Positions 19,142-29,022 of a stretch of 64,000 nucleotides of DNA are shown here, piece by piece. Position 1 is the first letter of the stretch. Every line of letters starts with the position of its first letter. The DNA comes from an uncultured bacterium (GTDB lineage: Bacteria; UBA8248; CAZNSX01). The notes below the pieces were generated by a model. The model was not told where the DNA came from and searched no databases. It saw nothing but the letters and a program-made list of their open reading frames with translations. A program made the translations under genes and the position numbers. The DNA is taken from positions 1 to 64,000 of the forward strand of contig CAZNSX010000004.1 of NCBI GenBank assembly GCA_964575845.1, in the 5' to 3' direction.

Positions 19142-20233
19142 ATGAAGAGAAAAGGCTTTTTCCTTCTGGCAGCCCTGATTCTCTTAGCTTCCGCCTGCGC
19201 CTCTAGGCCGCCGGTCCCTGGGAAAGCGGAAGAGGGGATACCCGGGCGACCAATTCCTGAGAGGCTCCCTCTCCCTCCCTCCCCAGAGATAGAGGAACGT
19301 GAGGCCCCGAAACCCGAAGCCCAAGTCCCGGGCAAAGAGGAGAAAGAGGGCCCTTCACCCACGGAAAGTCCTCGGAGGCTCTATGAAAGAGTTCTCTCCG
19401 CCATGCTCAAGGAAGGCCCCGGCAATGCCCTGAAGGCTCTGGAGGGGCTCCTCTCCTCCTATCCCGATGAAGGCCTCGGCTACCGGGCCAAAGCGGAAAT
19501 TACCCTCTATGAGGGCCAGTATGCGGAGGCTGAGGCCCTGTTTGCGAGAGCGGCCAGGCTTGAGCCTGAAAACTTTAGGTCCAGGCTCGGGCTCGCCAAG
19601 GCTAAATTTTTCCAGGGAAAGACGGAAGAAGCCGGAGAACTCCTAAAAGAGCTTTCCAAGGAGAGGCCTCAAGAAACTGAGGTCAGGCTCTATCTGGGCT
19701 TTATTGAAGGAAAGGGGGAGTTTGCCCCACCCTTCTATATGATTACCGAGAGCCCATTCATCTCACGGGGGCAGGCGGCGGCGCTGCTTGACATTTTCCT
19801 TCTGAGCCTCAGGAGTCCTGAGCCTGAGCCCTTTCCCGTGATCATGACCGACGTAAGGGAGCACTGGGCGCTTGCTCACATCCAGAGGGCTGTCCAGCAC
19901 CGTGTGCTGAGGGCCTTTCCAGACCATACATTTCGTCCCGATGCGCTCCTGGATAGGGCTACCATGGCCGGAGCCCTTGAGCGCTACTTCAGGCTCTTGG
20001 GAATGGAAGGCCAGCCCCCGCAAGATTTCCCTCCCCTTCCAGATATCGCCCCCCTGAATGTCCACTATCCTCCTGCAGTTTTTGTCCTCAGGCTCGGACT
20101 CATGGAGAGGCTCCCAGACGGCCATTTCGGCCTGGCGGGAGGTCTTTCGGGGAAAGAAGCCCTTCTTCTCATGGAAAGAGCCCGCTTTCTCGCAAAGCTT
20201 TTCGAGGAGGCCTCCGGCCGCCCCCTGGTCTAG
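19142..20233 (+). CDS. Lipoprotein with TPR-like repeats and C-terminal S-layer-homology (SLH)-like repeats
   Basis: Signal peptide with lipobox (LLASAC). The middle has TPR-like AEA...LGLAKAKFFQGKTEEA repeats. Two C-terminal SLH-like segments ('DVREHWALAHIQRAVQHRVLRAFPDHTFRPDALLDRATMAGAL', 'DGHFGLAGGLSGKEALLLMERA'). Confidence 0.55.
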   Translation: MKRKGFFLLAALILLASACASRPPVPGKAEEGIPGRPIPERLPLPPSPEIEEREAPKPEAQVPGKEEKEGPSPTESPRRLYERVLSAMLKEGPGNALKALEGLLSSYPDEGLGYRAKAEITLYEGQYAEAEALFARAARLEPENFRSRLGLAKAKFFQGKTEEAGELLKELSKERPQETEVRLYLGFIEGKGEFAPPFYMITESPFISRGQAAALLDIFLLSLRSPEPEPFPVIMTDVREHWALAHIQRAVQHRVLRAFPDHTFRPDALLDRATMAGALERYFRLLGMEGQPPQDFPPLPDIAPLNVHYPPAVFVLRLGLMERLPDGHFGLAGGLSGKEALLLMERARFLAKLFEEASGRPLV

Positions 20234-20241
20234 GAAGAATC

Positions 20242-21171
20242 ATGGCTCGAGCAAGTCTCCTACGGCCCGGAGTCGTCATTTCTCTTGCCTTCTTCTTCGT
20301 CGTGTGGCTTTTCCCTCAGGCCAGCGCCGAAACGGAAGAGGTTCTACTCAGGGCTGAGGGCAAAGGGGTCATCCTCAAGGAGGATAGGGCATCCGCCCGG
20401 GAGAGAGCCACAAGGGAAGCCCTACAGAAGGCCCTGGAAAGAGCATCCGAGTGGCTCTTGGGCGAGGAGGCCCTCCTTTCCCGGACCGAGGCTCTGGAGA
20501 CCGAAGTTCTCAGCAAGAGCGAAGCCTATATCCTGGGTTACCGAATAATAGAAGAGGGCCCGGTCCTCGGGGGCAGGATATGGGGTGTTGAGCTTGAGGC
20601 CAGGGTTGACCTCCGGGCTTTGAAAGAAGCGCTCTCTCGGATGGAAGCCCTTGAGACCCATCTTTCCGGGGCGCAGGTTCTGGTGCTGGTGGAGGAACAC
20701 CACCTGGGCCTCGGCCCGGTGGAGGGCTCCCGGGCAAAAGAGGGGGCGCGCAGGATGAGCGAAGGGGCCATCATCGGCAGGCTCTCTCAGGGGGGGATAT
20801 CTTGCATGGATTTCCTGAGCATGAGGGGGAAGGTCAGCGGTAAACTCGCCCGTGAGGCCCTGGGCGGAAGCAACGAGGCCGCTCTGGCTTTGGGAAAGAG
20901 TCTTGGGATCTCGCTCGCTCTCCTGGGAAGCGCAACAGCTCAGCAGGGTGAAGGAGCCGATGAATTCCAGGCCATAATCACGGCGCGCCTCCTCAGGGTG
21001 GCAACCGGAGAGGTGTTGGCTCTGCACACCTTGGGCGTAACAGTGACCCTCGGCGGCGCTGAGGGGGGACTCGCTCTTGCTCTCAAGGAGGCGGGAGCCG
21101 CCATGGCCGAAAAGATTAAATCGGAGGTGAAGGAGGCGTTGAGGCTTGAGAGGAGCGTGAAGAAGCCCTGA
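20242..21171 (+). CDS. Hypothetical secreted protein
   Basis: N-terminal signal peptide (VVISLAFFFVVWLFPQASA), Ala/Glu/Leu-rich. No recognisable family. Coding strand chosen over the long antisense ORF 20422..21357 because of the RBS, signal peptide and co-orientation with neighbours. Confidence 0.4.
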   Translation: MARASLLRPGVVISLAFFFVVWLFPQASAETEEVLLRAEGKGVILKEDRASARERATREALQKALERASEWLLGEEALLSRTEALETEVLSKSEAYILGYRIIEEGPVLGGRIWGVELEARVDLRALKEALSRMEALETHLSGAQVLVLVEEHHLGLGPVEGSRAKEGARRMSEGAIIGRLSQGGISCMDFLSMRGKVSGKLAREALGGSNEAALALGKSLGISLALLGSATAQQGEGADEFQAIITARLLRVATGEVLALHTLGVTVTLGGAEGGLALALKEAGAAMAEKIKSEVKEALRLERSVKKP

Positions 21172-21265
21172 GGGGGTTGCTTGGGGGGGCGAGGAACGTG
21201 ATATAATTGCGATTCTCAGCTTTCCCTTTAGAGGCCGTCCTCTTGAGGAAAGGGAAAATTTCTCT

Positions 21266-21850
21266 GTGGCCTTAACTACCATCCCCGAGCTCAATCTCGC
21301 CAACAAGATAACCATCCTTCGCATCCTGCTCGTGCCTGTCTTCGTGGCCTGTCTCATCTACGGCTGGACGCTCACAGCGATCCTCGTATTTGCAGCCTCA
21401 GGGGCCTCGGATTCCCTCGATGGCATCATCGCCCGCAGGCGAAAGGAGGGCACCCGTCTTGGAGCCATCATGGACCCTCTGGCCGACAAATTCCTGATAA
21501 CGGCCGCCTATGTGACTGTAACCCTCTTGGGGCTCTTGCCACCCTGGCTCACCATCATAGTGGTGAGCCGCGACCTTATCATAGTTTTGGGCTTTCTCGT
21601 GCTCTTCCTTCTCGTGTCCCGCCTTCCCCATACAGCTCCCACCCCTCTCGGCAAGCTGAGCACCATATTTCAGATTGCCACCATCCTCATCTCTCTGGTC
21701 TCTAGTTTTCTGGAGCTGGAGTTCGTCCCCCTGAGGCTTATCTGGTACGCCACGGCGACGGTGACCGCGGCCTCGGGGCTTCAATACATCTATCTCGGCT
21801 CCAGGCAACTGAGCAGCGCTGACGGAGAAGTCCGAGGAGAGGGCGGCTGA
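21266..21850 (+). CDS. pgsA: CDP-diacylglycerol--glycerol-3-phosphate 3-phosphatidyltransferase (CDP-alcohol phosphatidyltransferase)
   Basis: CDP-OH_P_transf signature 'DSLDGIIARRRKEGTRLGAIMDPLADK' (D-G-x2-A-R...G...D-x3-D) in a multi-TM protein of PgsA size. Confidence 0.8.
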   Translation: MALTTIPELNLANKITILRILLVPVFVACLIYGWTLTAILVFAASGASDSLDGIIARRRKEGTRLGAIMDPLADKFLITAAYVTVTLLGLLPPWLTIIVVSRDLIIVLGFLVLFLLVSRLPHTAPTPLGKLSTIFQIATILISLVSSFLELEFVPLRLIWYATATVTAASGLQYIYLGSRQLSSADGEVRGEGG

Positions 21851-22950
21851 TGGAGCGGCCCGAGGGCTTGGGTCCCCAGAACAGGAGGGTTTTCCCCTGG
21901 GGCAGCATCGGCCTCTGGGCAGGTCTGGCTCTGGGTCTCTATCTGCTTTACCTCCTGAGACCCATCCTGACTCCATTTCTCCTGGCTTTTATCTTAGCTT
22001 ACCTCCTGGACCCTGTGGTACGGGCGCTGGAGAGAGGGAGCATTCCTCGGGTGGGCGGCACCCTCATTGTGATGGGATGCCTCGGAGTGGTCGCTGTCCT
22101 GGCCTTTGCCTTCATAGGCCCTATTGTGAGGCAGCAGATAGAGACAGCCGTCCAGGAGCTCCCCGGCTACATCGATGCCTTCAAGGCGTGGATCGAGCCC
22201 CTCATGATGCGCCTGGGTTGGTCCCGCTCAGAGCCAGGGGGAGATGTCTTCGGACAGTTTCTTCTGCGCCTGGGGGACCTCCCCCTCCAGCTTCTGCAGT
22301 CAGCCTCGCCCATAATCCGCGCAACCACCTCGGGCCTCGCGAATCTGATCTTCCTCATCATTGAGATTGCGATAGTACCCGTGGCAACCTTCTTCCTGCT
22401 TCGGGACTTCACGCGAATGAAGGAGGCTATCCTGCACTGCTTCCCTCCCCGCCACCGCGGATGGGCAAGGACCCACTTCGGAAGGGTGGATGAGGTGCTG
22501 GGGAGCTTCATCAGGGGACAGCTATTGGTGGCTCTGACACTGGGGGTGCTTTACACAATAGGGCTCTTGCTGGTAGGGGCCCCCTTCGCCATTCTCATGG
22601 GCATAGTTGCCGGGGTGGCGAGCCTTGTGCCCTATCTGAGCCTCGTGATCGCCCTTGCCCCTTCCCTCTTCCTGAGTTTCCTTCAGCACCGCGACTTTCT
22701 TCACCCCCTGGGGGTGGGTCTTGTCTGGGCGGTGGTTCTGACCCTGGAAGGCTCCCTGATAATTCCCCTCGTCATGCGGAACAGGGTGGGGCTTCACCCC
22801 GTGATTGTCCTCATGGCCCTGCTTGTAGGAGGCTATCTCTACGGATTTTTCGGTCTTCTTCTCGGGGTGCCGGCTGCAGCGGTAATTCAGGTCTTTCTCA
22901 AGGCATGGATAGAAAGCTACCAGGAGACCGACTTTTATCGGAGGACTTGA
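21850..22950 (+). CDS. AI-2E family transporter (PerM/YhhT, UPF0118)
   Basis: Eight predicted TM helices with the AI-2E characteristic architecture and a large loop after TM2. Confidence 0.85.
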   Translation: MERPEGLGPQNRRVFPWGSIGLWAGLALGLYLLYLLRPILTPFLLAFILAYLLDPVVRALERGSIPRVGGTLIVMGCLGVVAVLAFAFIGPIVRQQIETAVQELPGYIDAFKAWIEPLMMRLGWSRSEPGGDVFGQFLLRLGDLPLQLLQSASPIIRATTSGLANLIFLIIEIAIVPVATFFLLRDFTRMKEAILHCFPPRHRGWARTHFGRVDEVLGSFIRGQLLVALTLGVLYTIGLLLVGAPFAILMGIVAGVASLVPYLSLVIALAPSLFLSFLQHRDFLHPLGVGLVWAVVLTLEGSLIIPLVMRNRVGLHPVIVLMALLVGGYLYGFFGLLLGVPAAAVIQVFLKAWIESYQETDFYRRT

Positions 22951-23105
22951 GAAGAGAAGATGCGAGGAATTAATGTGAAGGCCGGGTCACCTTTGCTTCT
23001 GTCCTGAAAAGCCCTCACTCTTTAATTCTTTTTATGCCTGCTTGAGACGAGAAACGCGGATCGGTCCCGGCGACCTTTAAATGCGGGTCGCCTGCGCTTC
23101 TTATC

Positions 23106-24293
23106 TTATTTGTAGAGCCAATTTCTCAGAACGATGGGAGTTATTATCGTGGTCAGAAGGCTCATCAAGACCAGGGTCACATAAATATCCTGCCCTATGA
23201 GGTTCCGGTTTAGGCCTATCAATGCAATGATCATGGCGACCTCGCCCCTTGGCGACATCCCGAAGCCTATGATCAGAGAATCTTTCAGCCCCATGCCTTG
23301 CAGCCTTGCGGGGATTCCGCAGCCGAGCACCTTTGTCACAACCGCGACACCGCTGAGCACGACCAAAAAGCCAATCACGCCGAGTGTTAAAGCCTGAAAA
23401 TCCGCCAAAATTCCCAAAGAAACAAAAAATATCGATGCGAAAATGATATGCAGGTATTCTGCACCCTCCTTGAAAGATTTGCTGTATTTTAATCCCACCC
23501 CTTCCAACGAGACGCCCGCGATAAAAGAGCCCACAATCCCCGACAATTCTATCGATTCCGCGGCCATGGCATATAAGAAAGCGACCATCATCGCAAATAT
23601 GAAGATGAACTCCGGGTACTTTTGGGCCAGTGTTGTCTTGTCTATCTTCGCTATAATCTTGCTGATAAAAACATAGCCCACAAAGGACCCGACGGCCAGG
23701 AATCCCGCAGCTTTCAGGATTATTATCAACGTCGAAAGATAGGAAAACTCTCCAGAGACAATCTGGCTCACCATTGACAATGCGATGAGGCTCAATACAT
23801 CATCAAAAACGGCGGCGCCGATGATAGCCTTTGCGGCGTCGGTCTGGAGCTTCCCCATCTCCCTCAGAACATTCGCTGTGATCGCTATGCTCGTCGCGGT
23901 TAAAGCGGTTGCAACAAAGAGCGCGCCACCGAAATCGTACCCGAAAAGCCTGGCTAAATAATAACCGGCGACCCAGGGGACAATCACCCCGGCTATCGCA
24001 ATTACCAGGTATTTAACATTGGTGATATCCCTAAACTTGAACTCCAGCCCGATTACGAAAAGCAGTATCACGGCACCCAGATGCGCGAGGCTCCTCACAA
24101 AATCGGTATAGGTTATGAGCCCGAGCAGGCTCGGCCCGATCAGAAGCCCTACCAGAATTTCCCCTATGACCGCAGACTGGTTTATCCTGGAGGCGAGCAG
24201 ATACCCCGCAAGTGCCACGAAAAGCAGAAGGCTCATCTGCAATTCTATTGAAAAGGCATGAGTTATCTCTGGCGCTTGCACTATTTCAGCCAT
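23106..24293 (-). CDS. Cation:proton antiporter (Na+/H+ exchanger family, CPA)
   Basis: Na_H_Exchanger fold: ~12 TM helices with 'GEILVGLLIGPSLLG' and 'ATSIAITANVL' motifs. Markedly lower GC than its neighbours. Confidence 0.85.
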   Translation of the reverse strand: MAEIVQAPEITHAFSIELQMSLLLFVALAGYLLASRINQSAVIGEILVGLLIGPSLLGLITYTDFVRSLAHLGAVILLFVIGLEFKFRDITNVKYLVIAIAGVIVPWVAGYYLARLFGYDFGGALFVATALTATSIAITANVLREMGKLQTDAAKAIIGAAVFDDVLSLIALSMVSQIVSGEFSYLSTLIIILKAAGFLAVGSFVGYVFISKIIAKIDKTTLAQKYPEFIFIFAMMVAFLYAMAAESIELSGIVGSFIAGVSLEGVGLKYSKSFKEGAEYLHIIFASIFFVSLGILADFQALTLGVIGFLVVLSGVAVVTKVLGCGIPARLQGMGLKDSLIIGFGMSPRGEVAMIIALIGLNRNLIGQDIYVTLVLMSLLTTIITPIVLRNWLYK

Positions 24294-24409
24294 GAGACCC
24301 TCCCCACCCGCTCATCATCTGTCTCGAATTCCGACACTTTCATTCACGGGAGGAGGCAACAAGTTTCTATCGCCCCTATTCCTGCCGGTTCCGTCCTGAG
24401 CAAGGGCGC

Positions 24410-25666
24410 TCAAACCGGCGGCCGCGGCCTTTCTTTCGCCGTTTCACTTTTCAAAAGCGCCTTCATCGAAACCGGCGTCATGAGCGTCGTGACTATGGCG
24501 ATGATGACAGCGGCGGAAAAAATATCTCTGACCACCGCAGGAACCGGCTGGGGAACCTCGAAGAGGCCCGCCTCGAGCGCGATGACGGCAACTATCAACT
24601 CAACGGCTCCTCGCCCGTTCATGGCAAAGCCCAGGGCCAGCGAATCGCGAGTCGAGAAGCCCGCGAGCAAGGAGGGAACCCCGGCCCCCAGGAGCTTTCC
24701 GGCTATGGCCACCCCCAGCAGCACAACCGTAAATAGAAGCGAAGAGGCGAGGGCGCTCAGGTCCACATGCATCCCTATCGAGGCGAAGAAGATGGGTGCG
24801 AGAAAGCCCACCGTGATGGCCGCGCAATTCGACTCGATGGCCTCAAAGGCCATCTTCCCGAACGTTTCGCGGTTGATCAGAAGTCCGGCAAAGAAAGCCC
24901 CGATGATTATGTGGATGCCCATGGCCTCGGAAATCAACGCCATGAAAATGGCGAATACCAGAGCGATGGTGAAATCTATCTCCGCCGAATTAGCCATCTC
25001 GCAGAGCTTCGAGAGGACGCGGAGCCCGAAGCGGTCGACGGCATATACCACACCCAGGAACAAAAAAACCTTCAGAGCCAGCATGCCGAAGGTGGCGAAG
25101 GTTGGAATGCGTGCCTGTTCGAGCAACCCCACGAGAATCGCCAGGAGCGCTATTCCGATGATGTCATCGATGAGCGCGGCCGCAACGAGCGTCCTGCCCA
25201 AGCGGGTCTTCAGGTACCCGATATCCATCAACACCTTCACGCTCACCGGGATGGCGGTTATTGAGAGCACCACGCCGAGGAAGAGGCTCTGCGCAAAGAG
25301 ATACTCTGAGGGCGGCAAGAAGGCGTATCCGACCCAGATTCCGCCCACGAGGGGCAGTGTCACACCGCCCAGTGCAACCGGCAGGCCCGCGCGCGCCGCC
25401 TCGCGCATCTCCTTAAGGCTGAATTCGAGACCGGCGTAGAACATCAAAAAGAATATCCCCAGATGAGTTATAACCTTAAACCCCGCGTCCTCGGCCAGGC
25501 CCTCGAATTGAGGCAAAAGGCCGGGCATAGAGTAGACGATGGCTCCGATGAGAAGGCCAGCGCACACCTCTCCCAGGAGCGCCGGCTGACCGATGCGCTC
25601 CGCCAACTCGCCGATGAATCGGCTGAGCGCAAGCAAGACAAGAAGCACAAGGAAAATCTCAGCCAT
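24410..25666 (-). CDS. Cation:proton antiporter (Na+/H+ exchanger family, CPA), paralog
   Basis: Same fold and motifs ('GEVCAGLLIGAIV', 'ITAIPVSVKVL') as the adjacent gene, but with high GC. Confidence 0.85.
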   Translation of the reverse strand: MAEIFLVLLVLLALSRFIGELAERIGQPALLGEVCAGLLIGAIVYSMPGLLPQFEGLAEDAGFKVITHLGIFFLMFYAGLEFSLKEMREAARAGLPVALGGVTLPLVGGIWVGYAFLPPSEYLFAQSLFLGVVLSITAIPVSVKVLMDIGYLKTRLGRTLVAAALIDDIIGIALLAILVGLLEQARIPTFATFGMLALKVFLFLGVVYAVDRFGLRVLSKLCEMANSAEIDFTIALVFAIFMALISEAMGIHIIIGAFFAGLLINRETFGKMAFEAIESNCAAITVGFLAPIFFASIGMHVDLSALASSLLFTVVLLGVAIAGKLLGAGVPSLLAGFSTRDSLALGFAMNGRGAVELIVAVIALEAGLFEVPQPVPAVVRDIFSAAVIIAIVTTLMTPVSMKALLKSETAKERPRPPV

Positions 25667-25893
25667 TGGGCTCTCCTACTACCCGTGCGATTTAACCCGA
25701 AGAGAGGACAGGATAAGGCCTCAGGATACCGGAAGAAAGTAATAATGACGCATTGCGGCCCCTTGCGCAAGCAGGTTTATTTTTCCGCCAGGGGTTTTTG
25801 GGGGCCGGCCTAAAGACGCAAAGATGGCTCAAGCGCGATAGGAGACGTTACCACTCAAGAGGTCACAGAAAGGAGGGGCTTCAAGGAAGGGTG

Positions 25894-26496
25894 CTAGCCC
25901 TGAGCAAAGAGCACGCGCACTACTTCAGGCTCAAGCTCCTCGCGAACCCTTCTTGCGAGGAGCTCAAGTGTGGCATTGACCTCATAGGCCTCCCCTTTGA
26001 GGATGCAGCCGCCCGCTATGGGACGTGGCTCGGGCGAGAGCGTCAGGGCCGCCCCCTTGCCCCTTCGCGCAAGCTCTCGATTTACCTCCTCAAGGAGGGA
26101 GCCGTCGATTCGGGAGAAGTCGTGCTCTGAGATGAAGACCACCTCATCGCCCGAGGCCACAGAGGCGAGCAACAACCCCTTGAAAAGCTCCCGGTAGCGC
26201 TCCAGGGGGAGCTCTGAGGCGGTCTTGAGGGCTCCTCTGAAGACAGCTTCCATGGCCTCCTGCTTCGCGGCCAGGAGTTTTTTCCTTTCCTCCAGACGTG
26301 CCCTTGTGACCACCTGTTCGCGCCGCACCCTGGCCTCGGCCTCGGCCTCCGCGCGGAGCTTAGCCGCCAGTCGCTCGGCCTCACTTTCGGCCGCCTCAAC
26401 TATGGCCCGCGCCTCCTCCTCTGCGCGCTTTTTCTTCTCTTCAGCCCTAGCCCCGGCGTCCGCGAGGATCTTATTCTTTATGTTGTCCAGCGACAT
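25894..26496 (-). CDS. atpE: A/V-type ATP synthase subunit E
   Basis: ~200 aa protein with an N-terminal Ala/Glu/Arg-rich coiled coil and a C-terminal globular domain. Immediately downstream of subunit K. Confidence 0.8.
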   Translation of the reverse strand: MSLDNIKNKILADAGARAEEKKKRAEEEARAIVEAAESEAERLAAKLRAEAEAEARVRREQVVTRARLEERKKLLAAKQEAMEAVFRGALKTASELPLERYRELFKGLLLASVASGDEVVFISEHDFSRIDGSLLEEVNRELARRGKGAALTLSPEPRPIAGGCILKGEAYEVNATLELLARRVREELEPEVVRVLFAQG

Positions 26497-26499
26497 GGT

Positions 26500-26976
26500 C
26501 TATCCCAGCTTGATTCCGTTGAGCATGAGCACGGTAGCAAGAAGGGCAAAGACGGCATAGGTTTCGACCATTGCGGGGAGCACTATGGCCTTTCCAGTTT
26601 CCTCAGGCCTGCGCGCGATGAGAAAGATCGAGCCCGCCGCCGCCTTCCCCTGCCCTATGGCCGAGAAGAACCCCACAATCCCCACGGGAATGCAGGCCCA
26701 GAAAATTTGAAGACCCTGAAGCTCCGTCACCTTGAGCGGAGCTCCTGCGAGGAACCCGATCTTTATCATAACAAGAAAGCCCACGAGTAGCCCATAAATG
26801 CCCTGGGTTCCGGGAAGGGCCTGAAAGAGGAGCACGAGGCCGAACTTGCCAGGGTCTTCCGTCATGATGCCGGCCCCAGCCGTACCCGCAGTCCCGAGCC
26901 CTATCCCCGAGCCCGAGCAAGAGGCGGCGATGGCTACGGCGGCTCCCAGAAGGGACCATGTAATCCCGTCGATCAT
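26500..26976 (-). CDS. atpK: A/V-type ATP synthase subunit K (proteolipid c-ring subunit, duplicated hairpin)
   Basis: Four TM helices made of two Gly/Ala-rich hairpins ('GLGTAGTAGAG', 'AIGQGKAAAGSI'), as in V-type c subunits. Confidence 0.85.
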   Translation of the reverse strand: MIDGITWSLLGAAVAIAASCSGSGIGLGTAGTAGAGIMTEDPGKFGLVLLFQALPGTQGIYGLLVGFLVMIKIGFLAGAPLKVTELQGLQIFWACIPVGIVGFFSAIGQGKAAAGSIFLIARRPEETGKAIVLPAMVETYAVFALLATVLMLNGIKLG

Positions 26977-27023
26977 AGCGTTTTATCTCCTCTCAAGAGC
27001 ATCGGGCCGGAAGTGCCCACCCC

Positions 27024-29021
27024 CTACTCCACAACCTCCACCCACTGGGTCTTCACCCTGAAGGGTGCGAAGGGAGAGCCGCCACCCACATAGAATTTCG
27101 TGAAAAACTCCACATACTGAAGGCGCGCTGAGTGGATGAAAGCACCCAGAGCGCCGATGAGCAGGTTAAACACATGACCGATCATAAAGATGGCAAAACC
27201 AAGGAGGACTCCTACGTAAGGGGTGCCGCCCACGAGCTGGACGAAGACATTGACGACAACCGCGATGACCCCCGTGGCCAGCCCCAAAGCAAAAAGCCGG
27301 GAGTATGAAAGAACATCCCCCAGGTAGCCCACGAGGCCATAGAGGCTCAAGAGGCCGCCTCCGACTTTCATGAAGGGGTTCCGGTAGTCCCGGCTCTTGG
27401 AGATTACGGTGAGGAGCGCCGAACCCCCCGCCAGATAAAGGGAGGCGGCACTCAGGCTTTCGGGCAGAACGCCGGTTTTCACCAGGAGGAGGAGCAGGAA
27501 AGATATGACCAAGAAGAGCTGAACCCCGGGGCCTAACAGAGCCTCAAGGCGCTCCCCATTCTTGTATAGAACCGCAAGCTTGAGCGCAAGGCCCAGAAGG
27601 AGCTGCACTACCCCCAGACCGAGAGCCAAGAGCAGAATCGGGACCGGATTCTCCACGGGATTCACGAGCAGCACGGAATCTTTAAGCGCCTTCAGGGGAC
27701 CGCCTCCCCAGGGTATGAGGTCCACGCCGTTTCCGAACCATGAGCCGAAAACAAGGCCGAAGCCCGCCGAAGATAGCCCCCCGAGAATGAGAAGCCTGAA
27801 AAACTGGCTGGCTCCCGGCCCAGGCCTCATGCGCCTCAGCATCCACAAACAAATAGCCGCCTGCGCCAGGCCGTAACCCACATCGCTCAGGCAGAACCCG
27901 AAGAAGAGGAAATAGAAGGGGGCGAGGAAAGGCGTGGGGTCGAGTTCCTCGGGACGGGGGAGCCCGTAGAGCTGAGTGATCGTGGCAAAGGGCCTGAGCT
28001 GGGGGGGGTTCACGATGGAGACCGGTACCTCCTCACCATCCACCGGCGTCTCCACGCACATCTCCAGTGTCTTGAACTTCCCGTTGAGGCGGCTCTCCAG
28101 ACGAGGCACATCCTGAGCCCTCATCCACCCTTCAAGGAGGAAGGCCTCGCGGCTCGCGGCCAGGTTCCTCCTGGCCTCCCGCCTCTCCCGCAAGATGTTG
28201 AGATAGTCGGAGGCCGCGGCCAGCTCTGCCTTTATTTCCTGAAAGGCCTTTGCCCTATCGAGCACACCCGTCCTTTCCTGCTCAAGCTCCTCCCGCCTCC
28301 TGGCTATAGCCTCGAGTGCCTGAGAGGGTGAAAGGGAGCCCCACTCAGGCCTCTCGGGAGGAGGCGGAAGAAGGTTCAGGCCCTTCACCTTAGCCAGCTC
28401 CTCTCTCAGGGCTTCTCCATCTTGATTGAGGAAGAGGAGAAGAGAGACCAGCTCGCCCCCCTCCTCGGAGGGGGAAAGCACCTCCAGGTGAAAGAGAAGC
28501 CCCCTTTCCTCCAGTGCCTGAGCCAGACTGGAGAAGGCCTCATCAACGCCCCGGCAAAGCTGTAACTCTATATATTTCAAAGACTTAAACTCATCCAACG
28601 AAGCGCTGAGCAGAGACCAGGGCTCAAGGCGCCCCATTGCTTCCCCGAGGCCTTCCTCTTCTTCGGTTATTCTCTGGAGCGCATCCGAGGTCTCCTTGAG
28701 TTCACTATAGATGGTATCGAGGGGGAGTTCTTCATAGGTCCTTTTGAGCTCCTCGCGCCTCAGCACTTTTTTCGGGTTAAGAAAGGCCGACAATCCCTTA
28801 TGCGCACGGTTCCCGTGGGATTCTATGAAATTAAGGCAGAAGCGAACCCGGGAGGCGTCTTCCTCGGCCCGCTCAAAGGAGGGCTCGTTTGAGCCCGGAG
28901 GGGCCGCCCCATCTGGCATGCGCTCCACCAAGCTGGCCATCTGCACCATGCCCGACCAATGGAGCTCCTCCAGGAGTTCCTCCTGGATGGAGCGGTGCCC
29001 CGCCAGAAGGAGCTTTTTCAT
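27024..29021 (-). CDS. atpI: A/V-type ATP synthase subunit I (a-subunit, 116 kDa family)
   Basis: N-terminal cytoplasmic coiled-coil domain (~330 aa) plus a C-terminal multi-TM domain with the conserved Arg-containing helix ('RLFALGLATGV'). Start placed at internal MKKLLLAG. Confidence 0.85.
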   Translation of the reverse strand: MKKLLLAGHRSIQEELLEELHWSGMVQMASLVERMPDGAAPPGSNEPSFERAEEDASRVRFCLNFIESHGNRAHKGLSAFLNPKKVLRREELKRTYEELPLDTIYSELKETSDALQRITEEEEGLGEAMGRLEPWSLLSASLDEFKSLKYIELQLCRGVDEAFSSLAQALEERGLLFHLEVLSPSEEGGELVSLLLFLNQDGEALREELAKVKGLNLLPPPPERPEWGSLSPSQALEAIARRREELEQERTGVLDRAKAFQEIKAELAAASDYLNILRERREARRNLAASREAFLLEGWMRAQDVPRLESRLNGKFKTLEMCVETPVDGEEVPVSIVNPPQLRPFATITQLYGLPRPEELDPTPFLAPFYFLFFGFCLSDVGYGLAQAAICLWMLRRMRPGPGASQFFRLLILGGLSSAGFGLVFGSWFGNGVDLIPWGGGPLKALKDSVLLVNPVENPVPILLLALGLGVVQLLLGLALKLAVLYKNGERLEALLGPGVQLFLVISFLLLLLVKTGVLPESLSAASLYLAGGSALLTVISKSRDYRNPFMKVGGGLLSLYGLVGYLGDVLSYSRLFALGLATGVIAVVVNVFVQLVGGTPYVGVLLGFAIFMIGHVFNLLIGALGAFIHSARLQYVEFFTKFYVGGGSPFAPFRVKTQWVEVVE

Positions 29022-29022
29022 C

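Noticed and set aside
20422-21357. 311-aa minus-strand ORF overlapping the secreted-protein gene and the pgsA start
   Set aside because: No RBS and low-complexity composition. The plus-strand genes have a signal peptide, pgsA motifs and operon context.
24258-25439. 393-aa plus-strand ORF covering the second antiporter gene
   Set aside because: Antisense to a well-supported CPA transporter. Ser/Ala/Arg-rich, low-complexity translation typical of spurious ORFs on the opposite strand of high-GC genes.
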